NCBI RefSeq assembly: GCF_001194135.2
Contig: NC_068981.1
Span: 125,861,950-125,925,949 of the forward strand
DNA from: Octopus bimaculoides
Lineage: Eukaryota
DNA length: 64,000 bases
Direction of reading: 5' to 3'
The notes beneath the pieces are model-generated. The model searched no databases, was not told the DNA's origin, and saw nothing but the letters and a program-made list of their open reading frames with translations. This document shows, piece by piece, positions 26,563-39,700 of the stretch (positions are counted from its first letter, which is position 1; every line of letters begins with the position of its first letter). The translations under genes and the position numbers were made by a program.

Positions 26563-29500
26563 ATCATTCTCCATCTCTCTCTCAATCTCTCTCTTTCTCT
26601 CTCTCTCTTCATCTCTCTCCCTTATCCCTAAGTCTTAATTTATTTATGTATGATGTTTAATAAATGTGACATTTTTCTTAGCCTAAATTGTGATGTATTC
26701 CCGTAGCTATTTCCACTCATAAAAAACAATCACTGGAAAAATAATATAACACACGCACACATTCCATACACTGATCATCATCAACCCTACTTTAAATTTA
26801 AATATTATTTATTGTGCTGAAACATAGTATGACATTTTCCTTTGATGTTTTCCCTGACCAAAATTGGTCAGTGTGACTTTATTTTCATTCAGCGAATGGC
26901 AAACCTCTGAGTTAAATTTCTATTTTAATTTTCTATTGATACTATTATACTATTTCTCTCTTCCTGAATGACTGTATATGTTGCCAGCTGTGCTATGCAG
27001 GTACAACTGCAGATATTCTTTTAACCCTACTTAAGTCCAGCCAACATCATGATAAATCTTTTCTTCATAGTCTCAAATGTCCTCACCATCTCTATTAAAT
27101 GTTGTGCTGGCAACCTGATACCACCATTAACTAAACACAGCTCTCATAGGGTCATAGTGAAAATCCAAGACTGTAGCTGTAAAACTTTGCTATTCCCACA
27201 AGAAAGGCAATTCTATGCCCACTTTTCTCCATGAAAAATTATCAATAAAACTCTTAGCATAATATTGACAAACATGCTTATTTTAGAGGACTGTAACTCC
27301 AAATATTAACTGATACAGAATAGTAGAGACTCTTCAATCCTCCTGTTGCAAGCAAACCAGTAGCACAATAAAATGCAACCTGATATTTATTACTCAGCAG
27401 TTAATATTGACTAGAATCTTCAACCATGAAAACCATGCCAAAAATGGAACATGCAAATAGGATATGGACTCTGCAAGCCACATCATAGGCTAACATCTAA
27501 GAGGTTAGGAGCTCTGAATGAAACTACTATAGGCTAGTGGGGACTCTTTAGTTCTTCCACATGGGCTAATCCTCCAAAATGTACCCAGTCTATACTGTAA
27601 GACTCAACACCAGAGTTGGCTGATTTTCTCTGTTGCTATATATACAAAATAACACAAATCATGATGACCTGTCCACTAAATGCCAGCTTGGAAAAAAAAA
27701 AACATATATAAATGTGAAAATGCTGAATTCTATCTCCCTGTGATAAAATAGCATTGAACTATATCATTATCCATCATTGTGAGCTTAACATAGATATTGA
27801 TTTTCAATTGCTTAATGTGCAACATTTGCTTTTGTTGGAGTCAAGAAGTGGAGTGGTTCTAGATATATTTTCAAATCAACTTTATAGATAATACTAGGGC
27901 TTCAACTTTATTTTTCAAAAAAATGGTTTACTGTAATATTCTTAGGAGATACAGTTCATTAGAAATGCAATTCATTAAAATTCTTTTATCTTTATCATGT
28001 CTTATTTTGTTGAAGGAATTTAGTTAACAATAAGAAGGTTTGGAATAGTTAAGAACCAAAATTGAAATGTAAAGAAGCATATTAATATTAATGATGATGA
28101 TGACAACAATTATAAGAAGGTGGCATATAAAAGCACCCACTACACTCTCGGAGTGGTTGGCGTTAGGAAGGGCATCCAGCTGTAGAAACTGCCAGATCAG
28201 ATTGGAGCCTGCTGCAGCCATCTGGTTCGCCAGTCCTCAGTCAAATCATCCAGCCCATGCTAGCATGGAAAGCAGACGTTAAATGATGATGATGATATTT
28301 AATAGTAGTGTATATTATATTGAATTTGGGTACTTCTTATATTTTAAATATATTTATATATAACAGAAAATATTTGTTTTCTATTTCCATAATTTAAGGG
28401 AAGACATATTCTGGGTAAATCGCTCACAAGGGTTATGGATTTGTCAGTTAACAGTTGCAACAATTAGTCTCACAGAAACAGTCCTAGTTCAGTATTTAAG
28501 TTATAAGGTAAGTGGCATCTTTTCTTTATCTTTGATATAAACTGCTTACTAAATAATTCAAACTTCAATTTTGTGTTTTGTTTAATATTTTCCACTTATG
28601 ATGTTGATATCGATATTTTTGTTATTTAACTAGAATTAAAACTATTATTAATAATTATAATATGTATTATTTTGAAATAATTAAAGCTTGAAAGATATAC
28701 AAAATTAAAAATATAATTTCTTAAAGTAATATAATGAATGTTAACATATATTTAATTACTAATATTTGTATTATGAACATGATTAATTGTTTTGTTTTCA
28801 TTATACTTTTAAGGGTAATATCTTACAACAAATTCTGTCAGTGGAATTCATCTTAGAATTAATAAATACAGTGCCCTTTCTCATCACAGTAAGTTTTGTC
28901 TTAAGTTTCTATTGAAAATATAATGACTAATTTTCCTTTATATTGTATGTACTAAGGCAAATATTTCTTTTCCATTTCTAAATTTAAATTGTGCAGTTAA
29001 TTATATATATTTTTTATTTTTCTACCAACATATCACTATATTTTTATTTAGGTGATAACTACTTAGTTATTTCATTGCATAAAAGGTACAGTGCTAGTTT
29101 TTAAAATCATAAGCTTTTCAATGAGCCAACTGACATTGAATTAAATATAGAAAATAAAATGGTTGAGGAATGTAATTGACAAATTAGATTGATTGGGAGA
29201 GAAATGTCACATATGGTTGAAAGAGCTTTTATTTGAATTTGTCAGATTATATTCAGACTAGTTGAACTGATATATATATAATCGTTAATTCGGAGATGAA
29301 GTAGTATTAACAGTAGAAACTTCATTTTGTTTTTCAATGATGAATTGAGAATAATACCCCTCAGTAAATTGGATGGGTCAGAATAAGTTTTGTTAAAGAA
29401 AACTGGTCTAATAATGAGCTGTGCATTAAAACGTATTTTTATTATTTTTATTTGAAAATATATTTGCGAAATCTTATTTGGTTTAAATGAAGAGTGTATT

Positions 29501-32500
29501 TCAGAATCCAAAGTAAGTGTAATTATGTTAAATACAAATATTTCCTAAAATAAAGAGAAGGAATAAATTTATAACATAGTGATTTTTAAATTCTTATATA
29601 AAAAGATACTTTAAATTATGGGAGGATAAATTCTGAGAGTGAAACTTTAGAATGCTAAATGCATTTACTTTTCATCAAAGGTGAAAGTGTCATTAATATA
29701 CTCTCCTAATTTGCTTATATGATATAAAGCTGTTGTCATGGAACATAATTAATCCTGAAGGTATTTAGTTTATCTATTAGCTTAAAGTCTTTATTGATTT
29801 TAGTTGCAATCATAGCCAAAATTATGCCCAATATTTGCAATTTATAGTTGGTTATTGCAAATATCTATAATTTAATAACTGTATGTATGGCAAGCTCATA
29901 AAACGCATATATTTAGCCAATAAGGTACTTTATTTTATGATGTGTGATAATGATACTTAGTCTTGATATGAAAGTTTGGGGTTTAAAGCTACTAAAGTTA
30001 ATAAGACTATCTCTTTAGACAAATATTAGAAGTCTTTTAAGTACTGATTGCTGAATAGAATGCTTCCCTGAAATTTAGAGACATTACAAGGCTATCAGTA
30101 CTCAGAGAAATATAGAGAGGAGTAAGGAACTGTATGCTTCATTTGCATATCCAAGAAGCATTTGACAATGCACGTAGAACTTAATCTTCCCATCCAACCT
30201 CTTAATTATTTGCTGCTGCTGCCATTTTCACATTTATGAAATCATTGATGCAGCAAATATATTTCACATCAGTAGACATCAACACTGGAAGCAATTTAAA
30301 AAAGCAAGCAACTACAAACATATTCCCTTCAGACAGAGTACTTATTGAAAATATTTGTCACCTGAGATGCATCAGTTCATTTCATATCAAAATCAATGTT
30401 TATTTTTGCCACTTTGATATAAAAATGGCTGGAACAAGCCGTTACTTTAGCAACTGTACAAACAAAACCATTCTATGCTGATAAAACAAGTATATAAAAA
30501 TTTGTTGACTTGACAATGCAGTTCATGATACTGAATCATGCGGCATTTACTGATACTACATATGCTACTTTGAATATTTCTATAAGCACAAACTTCAAGA
30601 TTCTTTAGTAAGATTTTTATCATCAATATTAAATTTTAAGCATGGACACACAAGCACTGGAATGATTTTCCTCAAGATATGGAGCAAGTCACACACTCTC
30701 TCTCTCACACACACACACACACAGCTGCATGATTAAAAAGTTTGCTTCACAAACATGTGGTTTTAAGTTCAGTCCCACTTCACAGCATCTTGAAAAAATG
30801 TCTTTTATCATAGCCCCAGGTCAACTAAAGCCTTGTAAATGAATTTGGGAGACAAACTGAAAGAAACCAATCGTGTGTGTGTGTGTATGCACATGTGTGT
30901 GTATGCACATGTGTGTGTATGCACATGTGTGTGTGTTCTTTTTACATTTGTGTTCCAGGAAATTCACAAGACACAAGCAGATTTGTTGTTGCCATGTCAT
31001 CTGCTACTTCTGTGCCCTCTAAGGCATGTGATATAAAAGATCCCTAACTTAAAAACAAGTAAGCAGTAAAACAATTCCTTGATAATGTATTCATCTAACC
31101 CATGCTAGCACAGAAAAAAAACATAAAATGAATGAATGAGTATGAAGTGTATGGTTTCTGTGTGTACTCATGCCAAAATACAGTGTAAAATTATAATGAG
31201 CACAGGCATGGCCATGTGGTTAAGATGTTCACTTCTCAACCACATGGTTTTGAGTTCAATCTCACTGCATGATACTTTGGGCAAGTGTTTTCTGTTATAG
31301 CCCTAGGTCAATCAATACCTTGCGTGCAAATATGGTGGGAAGAAACTGTATAGGAGCCCATGGTGTATGCATGTATGTGTGTGTGTGTGTGTGCAGGTTT
31401 GCATGCATACATGCATCTATGTGTCTGTGTGAATATTTACTTCTTACACATTACATAAAAAAAATGTAGAGATATAGTATTGCTTACTGACAATTCTCAG
31501 TCAGTAAGTCATCCACTAGCTCTGTGCTACTGAAGAATAGTGGAATGAAAAATCCCTTACATAAAAAAAAAGCAGGTAAGAGTTTGTAACAGAAAGGCAT
31601 CCAACTGTGAAACAATCCCTCAATAGTGTGTATTCCTCCAACCCCTACTAGCATGGTAAAACAGATGTAAAATGAATGAAGGAATGATTTGTTTTACTTA
31701 GCAGGAGTCTAGGAGGAGTACAGTGGGATTTGATCTTCATAAACTTCTTCCACTTTGAAAGAAAACATTATACTAGTAGTTCAGTATATAATACATCACT
31801 TCAAATATCTCAGGAAGAACTACAATAATTTGTGTCACCACATCCATGAAGCACACTGTTTACATATGTAACCTAAAAAATTATTCTGAAGTCTTGTTTG
31901 ATTTTTTATACCACAAGTACCCCCCACCATCAACTTATGGCTTTCTTCTAGCTTTTGATATCAAACTTTCTTTTTGATTCACTTTCATTCATCTGCCAAA
32001 TAGAAAGTACTACATTCAAATTTCCATTTGTCACTCCTCAACTAAAATTATAATAGTTAAGTAAGCTTAGTATAGTAAATGCCTAGTTTCATGGTAAATT
32101 CTTAGCAAGAAGACATGTTTATTACTGAATGCAATTCTATAATAAATAAAATAGAGCTAAGTATTTCAACCTGTCAGTTGTATAATCATATATATAAAGA
32201 ACAACGTGATGTGTATTGTTAAAAGAGAAAACAATTATAGTGTTTAAATTGTTCGCCTATAATAAACTACACTATACAATTTAATGGTTCTTGAAAACCT
32301 TCCTGAAAGATATTGCTGTCTTTCAAATGCAGCATAGCTTTTGCTTTCAATGTTTTGTTTTCTGTCGGTTTTTTTTTTTTCTCATAGAATATGAAATACA
32401 AATAACTGCTGAGTATTTCTCTCTCTCTTGCTTTCCTTTATTTGCTATTCTCCAAGTGACTGTGGCTTCTCTGTTGTCAATAACTTACAGCCACCACTTG

Positions 32501-35500
32501 AGGAAGAAATCATTTCAAAAAATTAATGAGTGCTATGAAGTATTGAAAGTACAAGTTGTTTCACAGATATTTTAAATCCAAAACCTAAGCATATTTTTCA
32601 AACCAATTTGTTTTAGTTCAGTTCAAAATTATCAGATTATGTGCTAAATATATCTTTTGCTTGTTTCAGTTATTGGACTGCAGTCATGCAGAGCCACTGC
32701 TTTGAAGGCTTTTTTTATCAATCAAATTGATCCTGTATTTATTCTTTTAAGCTTAGTGCTTATTCTATTGCTAAGTTATGGGGATGTAAACAAACCAACA
32801 CCAATTGTCAAGCAGCTGTGGGTCACAAACACACGCATACATATATACAGTGGGCTTCTTTGAGCTTCCATCTACCAAATCTACTTACAAGGCTTTGGTT
32901 GGTCTGAAGCTACAGTAGAAAACACTTAGCCAAGGTACCATGCTGTAGGACTGAAATCAGAAACAAACTTCTTACACACAGCCACACATACCTGATTATT
33001 ATAACAAGCATTTTGAACCACAATAGAACATATTTCAGTTATAAAATAAAATTCTAGTTTGTGAGACAGTGATTATAGAAGAGAAATTGTTATAGCATAG
33101 GTAATTCTTGATAGAACTGAAATGGACAGGTGTAGTTTTGATTATTATCAGTGTTGACTCCATTCTTATTGAAACAGCTGCAAACATATTTATCAAATAT
33201 TTTGCCTTCGCTAAACAATATTGCTGTCAGCATACCAGAAAGTGTCATATGATCAACAACCAGGAAATTTATCATAAATGAGGGGCTTATGATTAATGTC
33301 AAATTCATATGAAATAGAAATTTAGTTAATAATTGCTTTGCAAAAGACCAGAGTGTCCTCAGATGCTGTTCATCAAAAATCTTGAGTGCTAATAATGGAA
33401 ACTAGATAGTCTTTGACAGTAAAGCAAAGAAGATACAAACACCTTATAATTTATTCAGAAGTGAACTAAGCATTATATCTCAATAATATATTCATGTAAT
33501 AATTTATTAAACATTACAAAATAGTGTGCCAGAGATGTTTCTTATAATGAAAACTAATATTAGATTTCAAAGTAAAATTTAATGTTGTTGTTTTCTGTTA
33601 CAACTTCCATATAAATAACTATAAAAGAATTAGTATAAAAATTTGTTAAAAAAAATAATATATTAAAACACAAACTTAAATATATTTCTGTTGATATTAT
33701 GAGAGTAGGAAACAATTATTTAGTATTTACTAATTTAGAAGGGAAGGATAATGCTTTATAACTATTAGTAGAGACCTTCTTGAAAAAGACTTGATTTAAA
33801 AGTGCAATAGTGGGAATGTATGTATATGTGTGGGAATGGAATTTCAACCATGTTTCGTGGTCTGCTACCACAACAGCTCCTTTATAGGATCCAGTTAGCT
33901 CAAGACATTATCAGCAGGAACCACGTCCGGTTTCAGCCCCTACTCCTCTACCGTTTTGACTTGGTGGGGCTCCCTCCTTTCAGAGGTGTCTTCAGCTCTG
34001 GTGTTGAGTACATGTCTTCTTCTATTCCCTGGCCTCTTCGATGCAGCATCAACGAGTGTCAGCGTTCGACTGACTGTCTTGTCAAATTCCCCTTTTTATA
34101 CCTGCTGCTAGGCTCCAGCAGGCTGCCCCAGCAAGTTGTCACNNNNNNNNNNNNNNNNNNNNNNNNNNNNNNNNNNNNNNNNNNNNNNNNNNNNNNNNNN
34201 NNNNNNNNNNNNNNNNNNNNNNNNNNNNNNNNNNNNNNNNNNNNNNNNNNNNNNNNNNNNNNNNNNNNNNNNNNNNNNNNNNNNNNNNNNNNNNNNNNNN
34301 NNNNNNNNNNNNNNNNNNNNNNNNNNNNNNNNNNNNNNNNNNNNNNNNNNNNNNNNNNNNNNNNNNNNNNNNNNNNCAATGAAGCCTCTAGCCCCCACTG
34401 CCAGATGGTAATACTCGACAGTCCATCCCTGTTCTCTGCACTCTTCGATTAGTTTTTCGTATCTCTTCTCCTTTCGTTTCTCTGCATTGTCGATGTTCTC
34501 TTCCCATGGTACTGTCAGTTCTAGTAAAATTCCTATTCTCCGTTCTGTGTCCCATATGACTAAGTCTGGTCTTTTTGTCGTTTTTATAAGTGGAAAAATT
34601 ACTAGACTTCCCAAATCCGTGGCCAGCTCCCAGTATCCCTTCCATCTTTCGTCTATCTCGTATATTTTATTTGGAGGCCTGATCTTATGTCCTTTTCCCT
34701 CCTTCTGGAAGTATATTTTCCTGCGTTTCTTCACTTTGGGGTACTCTCCCCTATTGTATCCCTCGATCTTCTCCTTGAGTGCTGCACTTATGATGCCGAG
34801 TATATGTATAAGTTTTTATATAAATGTGTGTATAAGTAAAGTCTCTACCAGCTAGTTTATACTGGTATCAAGTTGTATAACTTGTAATAATGCAGTCAAA
34901 CCAAATAGTAATATTTTTAAATAGTTTAACATGTATGTTTCAGGTTTGCATAATATATAATAGGAAATACATCTGTTATGTGAACCTTTCTTCGGTTAAA
35001 ACGGTTCAAAACATTATCTCAGTGAAATCAAATCTGGAATTGTTTGATTCCAAATTTCTTCACACAGATTTGTGATCTTGATTGAAATCATTAGTTCATA
35101 AATGAGTATTAAAATTGGTAATAATTATGAATTCTTTTTATATTACTGATTAACTTATACATCTTTTGGCCTATGTAGATACTGGTATCCTTATGTCCAA
35201 ACGTTTCAACAGGGGAGTTATTGTATATTTTAGGGTTGAATACCCTTATGTAGTTCTAGATGATAAAATATTAAATGAATAAAAGTAAAACTGACCCATT
35301 AATTACAATTCACTATATTTTAGCTATTCTATTGTTAATTATCTCAATTATCTTTATGTTGAAAGCAAAATATCAAATTAGATAATATTTCATAAAAATT
35401 TACATGAAAAATTAAATTTCTTTTGGAAAATTTGGAAGTTGATTGAAAGTTTTTTTAATTAACATTTTATTGTTCAGTTTGCAATTAATTAATGATCAAG

Positions 35501-36681
35501 TTAGTATTCATCACATACCTTACTTGCATATCTTTTAAAGTCAATGTGGACACAAAGTTAAGATAATAGGAAAGCATGTGATAAAATTTCTAAATAATGG
35601 TATTGGAATATATTGATTTTGTTTTAATGAACCTTTTTATCATACCTATTAAAACTACACATCTTTGAATTTTTTGATAAAATATTTCTTATTGCCATTT
35701 ATTTGTTTCTCTTATTTTACAGATATTTAGTGTTCAGTTACGGAACCTTTTTATCCCAGTATTTTTCAACTGCTGGCTTGCAAAATCTGCCTTGCAAAAT
35801 ATGTTTGTATGTTTCTTTAAAACATTATTTCCTATTCAAAAAAGATTAATTAAACGTTTTTTTTCTTTTTTTTTTTTTTTGGATGCAGTTGTGTTTCTAG
35901 CTAAATTATACTTTTCAATTTCTTTTTTCTACTGATTGTACAAATATTCTTTTTTAAAAAAGAAGTTTTGATGATGTTATAGGATATATTTATAGAACCT
36001 GAATTTTCTAAATATGTTTGACACATTCACTGCTAGGAAAGTTTGGGATAAAAACTGTATAAAACAATTGATAAAATATTACATCAGCATCATATCACAA
36101 AATAATTTTCTTTAATATATTTTGGAAAGGGAATACTAGGATAAAGTTTACTTCAGCCAGACATTGAATTCAATTTAAGATATCTTGCTAATATCCATGG
36201 GATTATATAGATAGGATTTATTTTCAAACTAAATTCAGTTGTGGATTAAAGGTTATTTTCCTTTCATTATAGCAGGCATAAGGTTAATTAAAAGACCAAT
36301 AATCCAATTAAAAAAACATATTTGATGTTTATAATTAATAAATTCTATCACTACAGACTTAGAAAGGAAAGAGAAGTCATTAAGTACATTCCGGAATATT
36401 ATAAATTCTTCAAAGCAACTGATAAAATGTATAGGAAATGGATAGTTTAAAGATTAGTAACCAAAGCAACAAGGCATCTGTTTTACTATTCAAACAGGTA
36501 TTCATTGATCTAGCAAAACCAATAGTAACTACAAAACCAACTGCAAATTTCATTGTAGCCATTGTTGGCAGTTTTTCACAATTCATTTATTCATATTAAC
36601 TAATTGCATGGTCCATATGTGATCATATCAATGTTTATTATCATTTTAAAATCACTATAAAATAGTATCTGGAATTAAACA

Positions 36682-36724
<43 letters not shown>

Positions 36725-36739
36725 CATGTNNNNNNNNNN

Positions 36740-36788
<49 letters not shown>

Positions 36789-39700
36789 CAAGTGGTTCTC
36801 CATCATTCTGTTGGGTCATCCCATAAGTAATACAGTTTTTTTTATAATTCTTTTATTTTTCAAAATTAAGATAAACGAAGTTCTTTTTCAATCTAAAACA
36901 CACTCTCCTTCATTTTCTACAATACTCTTCCATCTATCTGGTCCTGTCTTCCAAAATTCACTTGTCTGTGATGAAAAATACTCCTCCAGTATTGTTCTAA
37001 CCTTGTCTACAGAATTCATATTTTTTCCATCCAAATGATTTTGAAGACTGGAATAAATGATAATCAGGTGGGCAATGTCTGATGAATATGGTGGGTGGGG
37101 CATCGTTTCCCATCCAAACAGCCCCAGTCTTTGGAATGTCATCCTCACTGTATGTGGATGAGCATTATCCTGATGGAAGAACACCTTTCATCTTGAAACC
37201 AAAAATGGTTGTTCTTCTAGTGCTGACTTAAGCTACTCAAGCTGCTCGCAGTAGATATTTGTTATCATTTGGTTTGGGTTTAAAAGTTCAAAGTGGACTA
37301 AACCTTTCATATCCCACTAAACAGATAACAAGACCTTACGTAGGTGACGACCGCCTTAAGCCTGGGGTGCTGGTGTTTCTACTTTCCCTACCTACTGTCT
37401 TCAGTGCAGACATTTTGATAGAGAACCCATTTCTCGTCACCAGTCACTAATTGGTCCAAAAGAGGTTCATTCATGAGACATGACAGCAAAGAAGAGCACA
37501 CATTTACTCTCTGCATGCGATTAGACTCAGAAAGTTTGTGAGGAACACATTGACCCAATTTGCTAACTCTTCCAATGGCACGCAGGTGTCAATGAATGGT
37601 TGAATGACCAAATTCAAGCTTCTCTGCTAGTTTTTCAACAGTGACAATGGGATTTTGTTCCACCAGGTTTTGCAAGATATCCTCATTGAGCCCTACAGAT
37701 CTTCCAGGACATGGCTCATCTTCTAGGCTGTAGTTTCCAATACTGAATTTCTAGAACTACTGCTGACACTGACTTACCCTTATTGTCTGATCCCCATATA
37801 TTGCATTAATATTCTTTGCACTTTCCATCGCATTGTTGCCTTTTATGAACTTATAAGTAAAATATGCCAAATATGCTCCTTTGTCACTTCCATTATAGCT
37901 TTAAAATATAACTGTTAAAATCAGACTGCACTCTTCAAAACTTGCACTAAGAATGAGTTGATTTTTTATTTCCAACAAGGGTACAACATAGAAGGGGACA
38001 ACACAATCTGATTTGGGGTCAGATGAAAGAATGGCTATAAACATAAATATGAGATTAAAAATTCACAAAATATGAAAATATAAGGAAATCGAATGATAGG
38101 ACAGACCAGAGGACATTATGGATGGAGTAGGGGGGGATTTAATTCGGACCCCACGATCCCCACCTCGCCACTGATACCTGGGATACGTCCTGAGTCACAT
38201 TCACAAGGTTACATTCACACGCAACATCTGTGCTACACTCTTCCATTGATTTTCGAACATTTTCACAGTCAGGCATTTTCACTCTAGATCTATTTTCCTT
38301 TTAAGGTGGAGGTGAAATAATTCACCAATTCAGGGCCAGAGATGAAGGTGCTTGACTTTTACCCTTTCAGCCTTGTCTTCCAACTTCTACTACAATAAGA
38401 AAACAATTCTTAACATTTTTCGATATGAAATCAGGCAGGTCCATTACTATAGACTTAGTCGATAGCTGGACTCTTCTTGCACTTGACAACAGTTGTTCAG
38501 CATAAACCCACATGCCTGACACTTCTGAACACTGAACAATAGCATGCAGGACGGTTTCCTTATCCCACTCACATCTTGGACAGGTCGAAGGGCCATGGCC
38601 ACCATCCCTTGTGAGCTTGTCCCGAACAAGTAATGCTCCTCAGTAACATTGCTATGCCAGAGACTTCTGAAAGTTGTCCAGGGTCTTCGGCCTGAATGTA
38701 CATTGGAACAGACTGGCCAGCTGGTTATCATCAAGACAGAGGGTTTCCCCTAAGGTATTGTCACATTCCACCTCTAGAAGCCCTCTGTAAAATAATGTGG
38801 TGGAAACTCCACCACAGGCATTGCCCAAGTGACAGAATAGCAGGAGAGCCTTGCGACACTCCACAAACCATGTACCTAACTTCAATCTTCGATAGAACCA
38901 GGTTTCCTTTCCACCGAAACTATTGAACTTGGGAAACATCTGTTTTGCCAATGGAGACCACACCTGTTCACCATCCAGGTAGAGCTACAGATGCTTCAAC
39001 CTCAGCAATGTCTGCGCATCAACAGCCAAGGCATCCCTAGCCTACCCTTTAACGGTTGTTGGCAGCAAATAGAGCATCTCACAAGTAGTTTCAAGCCCTT
39101 CCACAAGAAGTGGAAGAGCTGTCTTTCCAGCTTGATCAACTATGTATCAGGGCAAGGAACGACAGTTAGGCTGTAGGTGATGACCGATGCGATGAACACA
39201 TTGGCTACCTCCACCCTCCCTTTCAGGGATAGACACTGCCAAGACCAGGTCTTGACCATATATATATATATATATATAATTTGTTTATTCATAACCACAC
39301 ATGCAGGAGAGGTCTGTCTCTCTACATTTTCCACCAAGCAATAGTATGGATTAAAGCTTTTACAGAGTCAATTATTGTGTATAGAATAATATGAACAATG
39401 AAAAATCGCTATAATTTTTTCCTCGCACATTTTTCTTGACTGAAGTGTAATTATTCTACATCCATTTCATTAATGTATATCACTGACATTTCTTTTAGCT
39501 ATGACAAAATGAAAGGATGAGTCAATTTTAATAACAGTTGTGAAATACCAAAGTAGATGCTTTAATGTATTCAGTCTGTTTTGAGCAAACTTGATTAATT
39601 CAAAATAATATTTTATAAAGAATATTTCTGTATTGTTATGGAACAAATACAAGACTAACAAACAGCTGTGAAGTGATATATTATTACCTAATCCTACATA

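Noticed and set aside
32291-32575. ORF containing [14 protein letters not shown], resembling the Slo2 S2 exon
   Set aside because: Out of gene order (downstream of the S3 exon), no suitable splice sites in the needed phases, and similarity limited to a short hydrophobic stretch.
33845-33920. Minus-strand CTGATAA...CGAAAC-ATG-GTT in the presumed 3' UTR of the RLE element
   Set aside because: The core is mutated and stems I and II cannot be paired convincingly.
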